Of a stretch of 64,000 bases of DNA, positions 1-10,572 are shown piece by piece. Positions within the stretch are counted from its first letter, which is position 1. Each line of letters starts with the position of its first letter. Under the pieces are notes generated by a model. That model had not been told where the DNA came from. It ran no database searches and saw only the letters and a program-made list of their open reading frames with translations. Both the position numbers and the translations under genes were made by a program. This DNA is from an uncultured Planctomycetota bacterium (lineage in GTDB: Bacteria > Planctomycetota > Planctomycetia > Isosphaerales > Isosphaeraceae): positions 96,001 to 160,000 of the forward strand of contig CAWJTV010000013.1 in the NCBI GenBank assembly GCA_963845755.1, written 5' to 3'.

Positions 1-894
1 ATTCGTCTCGCCGAACGGCCAGGGGAGCCGGCCATTCGGGTCGGCATTGCCGGTCAGCCAGCGAATGGGCCACGGCGGGGCATTCGGCTCCGGCAAGGTG
101 TCGGTGGTCAATGCCCTGCCCTGGAGGATGATGTCTTCGTACGCGGCGTGCCCCGCGCCCTGCACCAGGACGATCGACATCGCGATCCCCACGACCAACG
201 CCACACCCAGGCCGAACATGAGGACATCGAGAAGCCCACGGACCCATCGTCCCGGACGCGCCGGGTCCGGGAGCCAGGCCCGCAGCAAGATCGCCGGGAC
301 GAAGACCATCGCGTGGACGATCGCAATCTGTTTGACCAGCACCGCCAATCCCAGGCAGGCCCCTGCCCCGAAGATCGACCATCGGCTCTCACGCGTCCAG
401 CCGTTAATAAGGAGCGCCAGGGATATGGCCGCGAACAGGTTGATGAAATGCTCGAAATTCGATCCGTTGCCGAAGAGGAAGGGATCGGTGCTGAGCTGCG
501 TATACAGTCCGGCGGCGAGGCAGGCCGCAACGGGTCCACCCAGCCTCAGGGCGATCCACCACACGCCGGCGATCGTCAACAGGACGACCGGGATCGCCAT
601 GAGTCGGATCGCCAGCTCCCGATAACCCCCGATCGCCACGGCCAGCGTGTAAAGCCAGTAGCCCAGCGGCGGCTTGTTCTCGGTCAGGTCGCGATACATC
701 ACGTCGCCCTGATGGATGCGATGGCCGATGTAAGCATAGGCTGCCTCGTCGCAGTCCAGCGGCTCGCTCGCGCCAACCGTCTTGGGCCAGAGATCGAGGC
801 CCGTCCTGGCCCGAACGTCCGGCCCGAACGTATGCGCGCGGTACCAGACGTCGATCAGCAACAGGAGAACGAGGATCACAATCGGCCATCGCAT
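1..894 (-). CDS. Membrane glycosyltransferase, GT-C (ArnT/PMT-like); 3' end runs off the window
   Basis: Manual translation from ATG 894: MRWPIVILVLLLLID...EPLDCDEAAYAYIG...YRDLTENKPPLGYWLY...GLAVLVKQ. Has the DE motif, a KPP motif and many TM segments, and stays open to position 1. Confidence 0.8.
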   Translation of the reverse strand, partial: MRWPIVILVLLLLIDVWYRAHTFGPDVRARTGLDLWPKTVGASEPLDCDEAAYAYIGHRIHQGDVMYRDLTENKPPLGYWLYTLAVAIGGYRELAIRLMAIPVVLLTIAGVWWIALRLGGPVAACLAAGLYTQLSTDPFLFGNGSNFEHFINLFAAISLALLINGWTRESRWSIFGAGACLGLAVLVKQIAIVHAMVFVPAILLRAWLPDPARPGRWVRGLLDVLMFGLGVALVVGIAMSIVLVQGAGHAAYEDIILQGRALTTDTLPEPNAPPWPIRWLTGNADPNGRLPWPFGETN

Positions 895-925
895 GGTCGC
901 GGACACCTTGATGGTTAGCGGGCGG

Positions 926-987
926 CACAGGCTCCAAGGGCTCCTGATCAGGATATTCGGGCCGAGAGGATAGGAAAACCCGCAAGA
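926..987. repeat. 62-bp diverged direct repeat, copy 1 (upstream of the GT gene)
   Basis: Ungapped 47/62 match (manual count) to 7739-7800, with a shared core TGATCAGGATATTC. Confidence 0.7.
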
Positions 988-1140
988 CCGGCCATCCGCG
1001 TAGCCGGAACGGGCATGCAGTCACACGGAAGAGGCCTGAACTGGCTCGGGTGCCCATCGTCTGAAGAGGTTCAGGGGCGGCGAAGTCTCACGTCTCAGCC
1101 CGCGATGACCTGGCCTGCACCCAACGGCCTGGCCGATTCC

Positions 1141-1526
1141 TCACTCGCCCCGGGCGAACGGCTCGGCGGGGAAGTCCAGGTCCATCATCAGAACTCGGGA
1201 GTCGGCACGGGACCGAATCGGGTCCAGGCCGAATTCGACTCGGAGGAGATCGGGGTCCCGAAAGCCGCCGGCTCCGACTCTTCGAAGGATGGCCATCGCC
1301 TCCTGGGCGTGCGACCTTGCTTCCGTGTGGGAGACCTTCGATCTCGACCCTCCGGCGAGCCCCGACCGGGCGCCGTGGCAGCACGCCCAGAAGATGGTCG
1401 GCTCGCTTTGCCCGGCGGATTGGCGGCGTAGAGCTCCGCGGCCCGTCGCCAGTCGGCGGCGCCGGCGGCGGCATCGCCGGCCGCGGCCCTCGCGCCGCCC
1501 GAACGGAGCAGCGTCTCCGCTAACCC
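1141..1526 (-). pseudogene. Displaced C-terminal fragment of the TPR Ser/Thr kinase
   Basis: Reads GLAETLLRSG...AADWRRA...ACCHGARSGLAG...LMMDLDFPAEPFARGE. It continues the kinase (...YQRGLA) across the IS target duplication and contains one frameshift. Confidence 0.85.
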
Positions 1527-3015
1527 CAATACCGTTGAAATAGGCGCAAGCCACAGCCTCCTGTTACTTTGGGTTTACTCACGACCCAAGCAACACGGAG
1601 GCCATGACTCGCATGCCGCACGGACATTGCACGCTGCCGCCCGATGGGTCGGGCCGGATCTTGGATCGCTTGGCGGGACTGGAACAGATTATCTCGCCCG
1701 AGGCCGTTCGCCAAGTCCTCGCGGCCACCGGTAAAACCAATCAACGACGTTGCACACTGACCCACGAGATTGTTTGCTGGGTGGTCCTGGCCATGGGGCT
1801 GTTGACCGACTTGCCGATCCGCCAAGTCTTCAAGCATGCACGCCGGCTCCGAGTCGGCGAGGAGAGTCCCCATCGATCCAGCCTGTGTGTGGCCCGGCAA
1901 CGCCTGGGCATCGCGCCGGTCCGCCACCTGTTCGAGCACGTCGTTCATCCTCTGGCCCGGCCCGATACGCCCGGAGCCTTCTACCGCGGGTTCCGCCTGG
2001 TCGGCATCGATGGGACCGTCTACGATGTCCCCGACTCGGAGGCCAACGCCGCGGCCTTCGCGCGCCCTCGGCCGGGCCGCGCGGCGACGGCGCGTTCCCC
2101 CAAGTCCGCAAGCTGAGCCTGGTCGAATTGGGGACCCACATCGAACTGGCCTTCGTGGTCCGGTCGATCGCCCACGGCGAACCGTCGATGGTCGGCGGCT
2201 TGCTCCGCCATCTGACTCCGGAGATGCTCCTGTTGGAGGATCGCGGGTTTTTCAGCTATGACCACTGGAAAACGGCGATGTTGCGGGGCGTCCAGCTGTT
2301 GGCACGCGTGAAAAGCGGCTTGATCCTCAAGTCGATCCAAAACCTGGCGGATGGCTCGTACCTGGCCAAGATTTATCGGGGTTGCTACGACCGTCAGATC
2401 GATCGGGATGGGATCGTCGTCCGGGTGATCCGCTATACACTGGACGACCCGCAACGAGTCGGACACGGTGAAACTCATGTGCTGATCACGAATCTCCTTG
2501 ACGCGGAGCTTTATCCTGCTGAAGAATTGATTATTCTTTATCACGAGAGATGGGAACAGGAGTTGGTCTATGATGAGCAAAAGACCCATCATGATCCGCG
2601 GCGGGCGACCAAGCCGGCACAGATGCGAAGCGAGACCCCGGCGGGGGTGATCCAGGAGATCTATGCGCTGTCGCTGGGTCATTTCGTGATCCGAGCCTTG
2701 ATGGTTGCGGCCGCCGGGACCGTGGGGCTGGACCCGGATCGGCTGTCGTTTCTGGGGTGCTTCCAGATCCTCAAGTGCCGGTTGCCAGAATGCAACAGCT
2801 CGACCCCCGAGGCGTTCGAGGAGTGGTACCAGGGATTGTTGTGGGAGATGCAGGGGGAGCGCACCGATGACGAAATGCGGAGGAACCGGATCAATCCGCG
2901 AGTGATCAAGCGTAAAATGTCCAAGTGGAAAAAGAAACGATCCAAACATCGACACATTCCGCCCTTGAAGAAAACCTTTGCAGAGACAGTGGTTATGCTT
3001 CCTTAAACGGTATTG
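1527..3015 (+). mobile_element. IS4-family insertion sequence, 1489 bp
   Basis: Terminal inverted repeats CAATACCGTT.../...AACGGTATTG; perfect 10-bp target duplication CCGCTAACCC at 1517-1526 and 3016-3025. Confidence 0.95.
1604..3006 (+). CDS. IS4-family DDE transposase (one frameshift near 2060)
   Basis: Motifs GIDGT, LEDRGF and YHERWEQE (YREK-like) are split across ORFs 1604..2116 and 1750..3006. Confidence 0.9.
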
Positions 3016-6000
3016 CCGCTAACCCCCGTTGATAGGACCCGTTTCCAGGATCGCCCTTGACCAAGGCCTCGCGCAAGTTGAGTGCCCGGTCGCAGTAGGT
3101 CCGCGCCTCGGTGAGTCGGCCCTGCGCCAGCAGGGCCGCCGCGACCTTGGTCTCCCAGCCAGCCAGCGTGTCCCGATGCGAGCGGTTCGTCGGCTCGGCG
3201 GCAACGATCTGCTGTTGAACGGCCGCCGCCTCCACGCAGGCGGGGACCGCCTCGACCGTCCAACCCGCCTTGAGGAAACTCCACCCGAACGTCCCCAGGC
3301 TGGAGGCCAGCCAACGCTGGGACTGCGTATTCGAAGGATTTTCGCCGACTCGTTTTCGCCAGATCGCGACAGCCTCCTCGAACGACTGGCGCGCCTCGCG
3401 CCTCCTGCCCATCCGGGCGAGGGCGTTCCCAGCGATGAGGTGGCTGTACGGCAGATGGATCCGAGAAAGAGAGGAGTTCGGATCGACGGCGAGCATTTTC
3501 TGGATCATCCGCCGCGCCTCGGCCAGTCGTTCCAGGGCCTCGGCCGGGCGGCCGTCGTCGATCAGTTCGGCCGCCAGATTATTCAGGCCGAAGACCAGGT
3601 TGTTCCCCACGGATGTCAGGGCGGGATTGGCCTCGGCCTCTCTCCTCCAGATCGCGACGGCCCGACGCTCCGACACGACCGCCTCGTCGAGCCGGCCCAG
3701 GTCGGCATGACCTCCCGCGATATTGCTATAGAGCTTCGCCAACACGTCCCCGAAACGGTACACGTCGGGCTGGGCGTCGACCAGCCGCTGGTAGATCGCC
3801 GCTGCATCCGTGTTCGTCGCGATCACGTCGGCTGGCCGGCCCGACCGGTAGAAGACATAGCCGATCGTGATATGACTGGCACCAAGCTCTTCCTGGTAAC
3901 GCGTCACCCCGGGATGCTTCCTGACAAGCTCTTCACAAATTGTGCGGGCGCGCTGGGCTGTTTCCAGTTCGGCTCGGGGGTCGGCCATGTCCATGATGGC
4001 GTCATTCAGGGCCTTGGCCAGCAGTGCGCGGGACTCGTCGCCGCCCCGGCCCGCCGCGACCAGGCCCTCGGCCAGGCGGCGCGCCTCCGTGTGAGCCGCC
4101 TGCGTCCCGGTCTTGTCGCCGCTGTCCGACATCGCAACGGCCATGTCGAGCAGGCTCCGGACCACGTCGATCTCGGCCTCGGGCGCGGCACCGGGCCGGG
4201 CCGCCAGCTCCCGGCGCAGCGCCAGGGCCTTGCGGTGGATCGCCAATGCCTGGTCATGGGTGCCGATCTGCCGGGTCAGCGCGGCCAGCTCGAAATAGGC
4301 CCCGCCCAGCGCCGACCGGGATGCCAGGTCCGGCTGGCCTTCCAGCATCTGCTCCAGCTTTTCATAGAAGCCGGCTGCCCCCTTGAGCAACCTGGACCGC
4401 AGGTCGGCGAATTCCTTCTCCTTGAGCAACAGGTCCTCGCTGACCTCGCCGTGGAAGAGCTTGATCGCGTCCATCGCCAGCTCGAACCGCTGACGCTCCC
4501 GCTTATTAGCCGACGCCAACTCGGCGTTTGTCCGCGTCACTCGCCCGTTGGCCGAGGCCAGCTCGGCGTTGGCCGTCTTGAGGCCGGCGTTGGCGTCGTC
4601 CACCTGGCGGTAGGCGGTTGCCAGGTCGTTGTTGGCGTGCTTCAGCTCGCGATTGGCCTGCGCCTGGACGGCCAGGATTCCCGCCAGGCCGACCACTCCG
4701 GCCACCAGCGCGACCACCGCCGCAGTCACCCCCGTACGATGGCGACGCATCCAGCGGCGGGCCCGGCGGGCCCACGGCTCGTTCCAGGCCGATACCGGCT
4801 CATCCGCCATCCACCGCTCGACGTCGTCGGCCATCGCCCGCGCCGACGGGTACCGATCCGAGGGCTGGAAGGCCATGGCCTTCAGGACGATCGCCTCCAG
4901 GGCCGGGTCGATCGACGCGTCGGCCTGCCGCGGGCGGGCGAACTCGCCCCGCTGGACGGCGGCGACCACCTCGCCGAGCTCGCCGGCGACGGGCGGGCTC
5001 CCGGTCAGGAGGTAGGCCATCGTGCCACCGAGGCTGTAAACGTCCGACTGCGGTCCAAGGTCCACGATTTCTCCCCGCGCCTGCTCCGGGCTCATGTAGG
5101 ACGGCGTGCCCAGCGCGCTGCCGGGGAGTGTCTCGACGCTTCCGCTGGCCGACGAGGGGACCAGCGCCCGCTCGCCCGAGTCGGCGCCGGCCTCGGCGTG
5201 GCCCCGTGCCTTGGCCAATCCCCAGTCGACGAGCAGGGTCTCGCCGTGGTTGCCGACGATGACGTTGCTCGGCTTGATGTCGCGGTGGATCACGCCGCGG
5301 ATGTGGGCGTACTCGACGGCGTTGCAGACGTCGGTGAACCGGCGCAACAGCTTGCGCAACTCCAGCGAGCGGCGGCCGGGGTCCGACTGAGTGGCTGGGT
5401 CGGCGTGGAAGTGATCGGCGGCCTCCTTGAGGCTGTCCCCGCGGATGAACCGCATCGCGTAGTAGGGGCGCCCGTCGGCGTAGGCGCCCAGCCCATAGAC
5501 CGGGACGATCCCGGGATGCTCGAGGCACCCGGTGATCTCGGCCTCGATCAGGAAGCGGGCCCGGCTGATCGGGTCGTCGGCGTGTCGGTCCAGGATCTGC
5601 TTGAGGGCCACCTCGCGGTTCAATTCGGCGTCGAGGGCGACGAAGACCGCCCCGAGTCCGCCCTGGGCGTGGGGTCGAAGGATGCGAAATCGTTGCCTGG
5701 CGGTCTCGCCGGTCGTGCGGTCGACGTCGTCCCGGCCGCCGGCTGGGTAGCCGACCGTCCGCTCGGCGTCGTCCCGGCCGTCGTCGGTCCGTCTCTCGCC
5801 CAAGGCGACGTGGCCGAGTGTCCGGCCGATGTCCGGGTCGCCCAGGTTCGTCAGGCTTTCCAGTGTGGACCGTCCGGCGGGAACGGCGGCCAGGCTCGTG
5901 GCGACGTCGCCGCCGTGGGCCTGGACGTGCAGGTCGGCCAGGGCTTCGATGACCGCCCGCTGGGCGACGTTGAGGTGGCCGAGTGCGATCAGGTGGTCGG

Positions 6001-6118
6001 CCAGCGACCGGGACTTGTCGCCGGTCCAGGTGTTGAAGGCGGCCAGGAGCTGCGCAGGCTGGATCAGGTCGTTCTGCAGCGCGAGTAAACCGAGCAGGAG
6101 CTGGCGGTCGGCGGACAT
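2993..6118 (-). CDS. Hanks-type Ser/Thr protein kinase with TM helix, coiled coil and TPR repeats; truncated by IS4
   Basis: GGLGAVF, VALK, HRDIKPSN, DWGLAK and GTPSYMSPEQ motifs; likely start MSADRQLL at 6118; the last few codons (AIPFKEA) come from the IS end. Confidence 0.92.
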   Translation of the reverse strand: MSADRQLLLGLLALQNDLIQPAQLLAAFNTWTGDKSRSLADHLIALGHLNVAQRAVIEALADLHVQAHGGDVATSLAAVPAGRSTLESLTNLGDPDIGRTLGHVALGERRTDDGRDDAERTVGYPAGGRDDVDRTTGETARQRFRILRPHAQGGLGAVFVALDAELNREVALKQILDRHADDPISRARFLIEAEITGCLEHPGIVPVYGLGAYADGRPYYAMRFIRGDSLKEAADHFHADPATQSDPGRRSLELRKLLRRFTDVCNAVEYAHIRGVIHRDIKPSNVIVGNHGETLLVDWGLAKARGHAEAGADSGERALVPSSASGSVETLPGSALGTPSYMSPEQARGEIVDLGPQSDVYSLGGTMAYLLTGSPPVAGELGEVVAAVQRGEFARPRQADASIDPALEAIVLKAMAFQPSDRYPSARAMADDVERWMADEPVSAWNEPWARRARRWMRRHRTGVTAAVVALVAGVVGLAGILAVQAQANRELKHANNDLATAYRQVDDANAGLKTANAELASANGRVTRTNAELASANKRERQRFELAMDAIKLFHGEVSEDLLLKEKEFADLRSRLLKGAAGFYEKLEQMLEGQPDLASRSALGGAYFELAALTRQIGTHDQALAIHRKALALRRELAARPGAAPEAEIDVVRSLLDMAVAMSDSGDKTGTQAAHTEARRLAEGLVAAGRGGDESRALLAKALNDAIMDMADPRAELETAQRARTICEELVRKHPGVTRYQEELGASHITIGYVFYRSGRPADVIATNTDAAAIYQRLVDAQPDVYRFGDVLAKLYSNIAGGHADLGRLDEAVVSERRAVAIWRREAEANPALTSVGNNLVFGLNNLAAELIDDGRPAEALERLAEARRMIQKMLAVDPNSSLSRIHLPYSHLIAGNALARMGRRREARQSFEEAVAIWRKRVGENPSNTQSQRWLASSLGTFGWSFLKAGWTVEAVPACVEAAAVQQQIVAAEPTNRSHRDTLAGWETKVAAALLAQGRLTEARTYCDRALNLREALVKGDPGNGSYQRGLAAIPFKEA

Positions 6119-6638
6119 CTTGAACTCCGGCAGGACATCGTCGTTGGCCCGTTCCCCACGCCATGAGTGTGGTCCGGATGAGTTTTTTGATTCTAATTGA
6201 TCGATGGACCGGCAGCAGCGCCGAGCATAATCGGAGAGGGAACCTGGGGACATCGTCTACCGGTCCCGGACTGAAATCGGGGCACCCCGATCGAAACGCA
6301 GAGGAGCGATCACAGGCGAAACTCGCTTCCGTGAGCTCGCCCTCTGGCGGCAAGTGGCGGAGCCGGGAGTTGGTGGTTCATGGAATCACGACGCGAAGTC
6401 CGGACTCAGGGCCGTGGAAAAACGCTTGCACGCTTCACTCCGACACGCGGGAGGGACTTCGGTCCGACACCACACGCATTCTTGGGGTAACAATTTGCAG
6501 GCTCTCGCGGCCGGAACAGCTCGAGCGCCTGTCGGATGAGTTGCGCACGGACCAGGACCTCGTTGGGTTGACACGACCCCTTGGGAAGCAGGCGACCACG
6601 GGACGACCCGAGTGTGTCCAACGCAACCGTGAAGCGCT

Positions 6639-7031
6639 CTACTCTCGGGCCTCCGGTTTGTCCGGCCCAGCCCGGTACTCGTTGGGAAGATGTCGCTTGA
6701 GCTCCATACCATCGTGGAGAACCCGTCCGATTTCGACTCGCCCGCCCTCGAGCGTCCGGTACAGGAGGAAATGTCGGGGCCGCTGCACTTTCCCTATGGA
6801 CTTCTTGACCCGGTCGCGGCTGTGGCGGAGGTGGTAGGTTCGGGCCGACACCGAGATCTCCGGGCGATCATGGCTACCCGCTCGTTCGGGCGATTCGGCC
6901 ACGTCCAGGATGGCTCGGATCAGCAGGGCCTCGTAACGGACCCGGGCCTTTTCCCCGAACTCCTCGTGGGTCCATGCGAGGATCGCCTCGATGTCCTGCT
7001 CGGCCTGCGGTGAGACCCGGTATTGACGCAT
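6639..7031 (-). CDS. parE: Type II toxin, RelE/ParE family
   Basis: YRVSPQAEQDIEAI...HFLLYR...VEIGRVLHDGM; directly downstream of a ParD-like gene. Confidence 0.88.
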   Translation of the reverse strand: MRQYRVSPQAEQDIEAILAWTHEEFGEKARVRYEALLIRAILDVAESPERAGSHDRPEISVSARTYHLRHSRDRVKKSIGKVQRPRHFLLYRTLEGGRVEIGRVLHDGMELKRHLPNEYRAGPDKPEARE

Positions 7032-7034
7032 CGG

Positions 7035-7335
7035 TCATTTGCCGCCGGAACGCCGTGCGGCCCGCCGGGCCGCCCGTCCGCCGATGTCCTTGATGAAGTC
7101 CGCGACTTCTCGCTCTCCTTCGAGCGTCGTCCCTTCGCCTCGATCGAGGGCGTCGAATCCCTCGGCTGCCAGTCCACGCAGCACAGCCAGCTTCTCCTCG
7201 TCCTCCTTCGCCTCCCGCTCCAGGAGGCGTAAACCCGCGCATCACCTCGCTGGCGTTCTTGTACCGCCCCGAGACAATCAGGGTCTCGACGAAATCGTGA
7301 TAGTGATCCGTCAAATTGACGTTGCGCGTTGGCAT
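7035..7335 (-). CDS. parD: Type II antitoxin, ParD (RHH) family (frameshift near 7235)
   Basis: MPTRNVNLT...SGRYKNASEVMR, then after the shift GLRLLEREAKEDEEKLAVLR; RBS GAGGAGG upstream. Confidence 0.85.
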
Positions 7336-7358
7336 GATCCACCCTCCTCAATTCGTTG

Positions 7359-7387
7359 ATACTATTCAGATTGGCAAAAATTGTCAA
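7359..7387 (-). promoter_or_regulatory. Sigma70-type promoter of parDE
   Basis: Minus strand TTGACA-17 nt-TAGTAT just upstream of the RBS and ATG. Confidence 0.75.
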
Positions 7388-7738
7388 TCCGCGTCGGATC
7401 AAGGCAGGGCTGGTGGGCTGGTTCCTTCTTCGACTTTGCCCGCGGATGGGAGGGCGAGTGCTCTGTCCCCGGTTTTCTCCCCTGTTACCGAACCATCTTC
7501 AATACCGTCATCGGCTAAACTATAGATTCGCTTCGCCGCGTACCCGAGGCGTTGGGCAGGGTCCTAGGCAACCTCCTCGGGAAGCAGGAATCGATCCACC
7601 CCATCGCTGCCGGCGTGTTCGGGTAAGTCTCCTGCCGCCGGTCGTCAAGACGGGAACTCTCCCCGCGACGCACGGGTTCGTGTTTGGTGGCGCAAGAGCC
7701 CGTAAACAAGCCTGGCCCCGAGGTCGGTTCCGCACCCA

Positions 7739-7800
7739 CACAGGCTTCGATGGTCCTTGATCAGGATATTCCCGCCGAGCGCCCATAAAAACCCGAAAGA
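7739..7800. repeat. 62-bp diverged direct repeat, copy 2
   Basis: 47/62 ungapped identity to 926-987 (manual count). Confidence 0.7.
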
Positions 7801-8184
7801 GGGACCCGTCGCTTGCCAGCCAGCAAGAGGTGTGCAGGCGATGCTATGGGCCGATTCGATGGAAGGGTGATCCGATGTTGGCTGAAATCGCGCCGGCGAG
7901 GCATCCTGGCCCGAATGCTCCCCGACTGTTGTGCTGGCATCATTGGGCCGTTCCGGGCGGCCCTAACGACGGCTCTGGTATCGTCAAGGGAGACAGGTCA
8001 GAATAGGCCGATGCTCCAGTCCGGGTGATTGCCCGCCAGGAACTTCACGAGGGCTCCCGGTCGCCCCAGGTAGGGGGCCGACGCGAAAAAAGCCCGACCT
8101 GTCACAAAACCGCTCCGCTCGTTCGTCCTTGGTTCTGGACGGCGGGTGGCGACCGATCACGACTCTTTCGATGGAGGGAAAGCC

Positions 8185-8607
8185 ATGACTCGTGGGACAC
8201 TGATAGTGGCGGCAGGGGTCGTTCTGGGGACCGGAGGCTTGATCGCGGCCCGGCACGACGAAAAACACGAGGCGGCCAGACCGCTGGCGGTCCGGGAGAT
8301 TGCCGAGAAGCTGGACGGCAAGGAGACGAACGCGACGGCCGTCGAGGTGACGCTGGAATCCGGCCAGGCGGGCGCCTCGCACCGCCATCCTGGGCCGGCG
8401 TTCGGGTATGTGCTGGAGGGTGAGTACGAGTGGGCGATCGACGACCAGCCGGCCAAAGTGCTCAGGGCGGGCGAGACGTTCTACGAGCCGGGCGGCTGCC
8501 TGCACCGGGTGTCCAGGAACCCGGGCAAGGTGAAGATGCGGATGCTGGCGTGGGTCCTGCACCCGCGAGACGCGAAGGACCTCGTGATCCCGGAACCGAA
8601 GAAATGA
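8185..8607 (+). CDS. Exported cupin-domain protein
   Basis: Hydrophobic N-terminus; cupin motifs HRHPGPAFGYVLEG and GETFYEPGGCLH. Confidence 0.85.
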   Translation: MTRGTLIVAAGVVLGTGGLIAARHDEKHEAARPLAVREIAEKLDGKETNATAVEVTLESGQAGASHRHPGPAFGYVLEGEYEWAIDDQPAKVLRAGETFYEPGGCLHRVSRNPGKVKMRMLAWVLHPRDAKDLVIPEPKK

Positions 8608-8635
8608 CCACGGTCTCCGACTGCGTGAGGACACC

Positions 8636-9478
8636 ATGATCGACGACGTGATCGCCCTGCGGCCGCGGATGATGTCCGTCGCTTACCGGATGCTCGGGAG
8701 CATGGTCGACGCCGAGGACACCGTGCAGGACACCTTCGTGCGCTACCAGACTGCCGGAGGCGTCTCTTCGCCCGAAGGGTTTCTCGTCCGCACCGCGACG
8801 CGTCTCTGCATCGACCGGCTGCGGGACCGGAAGCGGCGGGGTTACGTCGGACCGTGGGTGCCCGAGCCGGTGGAGACGAGCGGGCGGGAATCCGCCCTGG
8901 CCGACTCCTTGACGCAGGCTTTCCTGCTCCTCCTGGAGCGGCCGACGCCGGACGAGCGGGCGGCGTTCCTGCTCCGCACCGTCTTTGACTACGAGTACGC
9001 GGAAATCGGCAACGTGGTGGGGCGGTCGGAGGCGGCCGTTCGGCAGATCGTCAGCCGGGCCCGGCGGCGGCTCGGGCTGGAAGGTGGGGAGCGGTTTCAT
9101 GCCAGCGGAACCCGTGCGGGTGGCCTTGCCGAGCGGTTCATGGCGGCCTGCCGGACGGGGGACGTGAAGGCGGTCGAGCAGATGCTCACGGAGGACGTCG
9201 AGGTCCACTCCGACGGCGGGGGCAAGGCGTCGGCGGCGCGGGTCGTGGTCCGTGGGCGCGACCGGGCCGCCCGGTTCCTGGCCGGGGTGTTCAGCAAGAA
9301 GCGTGCTGACTGCGAGATGCACGCGACCACGGTGAACGGCGCGCCGGGGGTGGCGTTCAGGTACGGCGGCGCGGTGGTTCAGGTCGTGGCCCTGTCCCTC
9401 GGGGTCGGGGTCCGGGCCGTCGATATGACCAACAACCCGGACAAGCTGTCCCGCTGGGTTGTTGCGGAGGTCGAATAG
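8636..9478 (+). CDS. sigJ: ECF RNA polymerase sigma factor, SigJ/ECF41 type with SnoaL-like C-terminus
   Basis: AYRMLGS..DAED.VQD, YVGPWVPEP, SDGGGK and NPDKL signature motifs. Confidence 0.9.
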   Translation: MIDDVIALRPRMMSVAYRMLGSMVDAEDTVQDTFVRYQTAGGVSSPEGFLVRTATRLCIDRLRDRKRRGYVGPWVPEPVETSGRESALADSLTQAFLLLLERPTPDERAAFLLRTVFDYEYAEIGNVVGRSEAAVRQIVSRARRRLGLEGGERFHASGTRAGGLAERFMAACRTGDVKAVEQMLTEDVEVHSDGGGKASAARVVVRGRDRAARFLAGVFSKKRADCEMHATTVNGAPGVAFRYGGAVVQVVALSLGVGVRAVDMTNNPDKLSRWVVAEVE

Positions 9479-9531
9479 GTTTCGCCATACGAATCGCCCG
9501 AAACCTGGGGCGACAAACAAGGAGATTCGTC

Positions 9532-10287
9532 ATGAAGATCGTGGTCATCGGTGGCAGCGGGCTCATCGGGAAAAAACTCGTGCCGATCCTTCGCGAACGC
9601 GGCCATGAGGCGGTGCCGGCTTCTCCCTCTTCGGGCGTCAACACCCTCACCGGCGCGGGGTTGACCGAGGCGCTCGCCGGCGCGGGGGTCGTCGTCGATG
9701 CGTCGAACTCGCCATCGTTCGCGGATGCCGCGGTGCTGGAGTTCTTCCAGACGTCCACTCGAAACCTGCTCGCCGCAGAAGCGGCGGCCGGGGTGGGGCA
9801 CCACGTCGCCCTGTCGGTGGTCGGGGCCGACCGCCTGCCGGACAGCGGATACATGCGGGCCAAGGTCGCGCAGGAGCAGTTGATCGCGGCCGGCGAGGTG
9901 CCATACACGATCGTCCAGGCCACGCAGTTCTTCGAGTTCCTCGGTGGGATCGCCGGGCCGAGGGCCGATGGCGACACCGTCCGACTCCCGACGGCACCGA
10001 TGCAGCCTCTGGCGGCAGACGATGTGGCTGGAGCACTGGCCGAAGTCGTCGTGGGGGTGCCGGTGAATGGGATCGTCGAACTGGCGGGGCCCGAGGCGGC
10101 GCCCATCGCCGAGTTCGTGGGGCGCTTCCTGGCCGCGAGTGGGGACACCCGCACGGTGGTCGCTGACCCGCAAGCCCGCTACTTCGGCGCGGTGCTGGAC
10201 GACCGCGGCCTGAACCCCGCGGGCAACCCGCGCGTCGGCCCGACGCGGTTCAAGGACTGGCTCGGCCGCGCGGTGTCTCAGGGATAA
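9532..10287 (+). CDS. NAD(P)-binding Rossmann-fold oxidoreductase (NmrA/atypical SDR)
   Basis: MKIVVIGGSGLIG, GYMRAKVAQE and ATQFFEF; a typical ECF41 neighbour. Confidence 0.88.
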   Translation: MKIVVIGGSGLIGKKLVPILRERGHEAVPASPSSGVNTLTGAGLTEALAGAGVVVDASNSPSFADAAVLEFFQTSTRNLLAAEAAAGVGHHVALSVVGADRLPDSGYMRAKVAQEQLIAAGEVPYTIVQATQFFEFLGGIAGPRADGDTVRLPTAPMQPLAADDVAGALAEVVVGVPVNGIVELAGPEAAPIAEFVGRFLAASGDTRTVVADPQARYFGAVLDDRGLNPAGNPRVGPTRFKDWLGRAVSQG

Positions 10288-10400
10288 GTCGGCGTTCGCG
10301 TATTTCGGGGGGCGACTGTCCTGGGAATGGTAGGGCGCCTCATGGTTGCGTTGCACACGCGACCCAGGGTGCTCTGCGAGTACCGATCACAAACCCGTTG

Positions 10401-10560
10401 AGGAATCCCCAATTCCGGATTCCGGATTCGAGATTCCCGATTCGGGAATCCTTCCTGTTGGGAATCCGGAATCGCGAATCCGGAATCCCTCTGTTGCATC
10501 GACAAAACGTGACTGATTCGTCTCGGTGCTCTCTGTGGCTCTGTGGTGAATCTCTTCGGG
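10401..10560. repeat. Short heptamer tandem repeats in inverted arrangement, plus a CTCTGTGG-type short repeat
   Basis: ATTCCGG/ATTCGAG/ATTCCCG units followed by GAATCCG/GAATCGC units; CTCTGTGGCTCTGTGGTGAA near 10531-10550. Lies between convergent genes. Confidence 0.7.
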
Positions 10561-10572
10561 TTTGCTCCCTGG

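Noticed and set aside
1604..3006. Programmed frameshifting in the IS4 (and IS5) transposases
   Set aside because: No slippery A-rich heptamer at the shift sites, and similar indels occur in housekeeping genes, so sequencing error is more likely.
3029..6088. 1019-aa plus-strand ORF
   Set aside because: Antisense shadow of the kinase gene, typical of high-GC DNA; no motifs.
7500..7508. CAATACCGT matching the IS4 terminus
   Set aside because: A 9-bp match with no partner end or transposase remnant; chance is adequate.
10401..10560. Possible CRISPR array
   Set aside because: The units are 7-8 bp with no unique spacers and there are no cas genes in the window.
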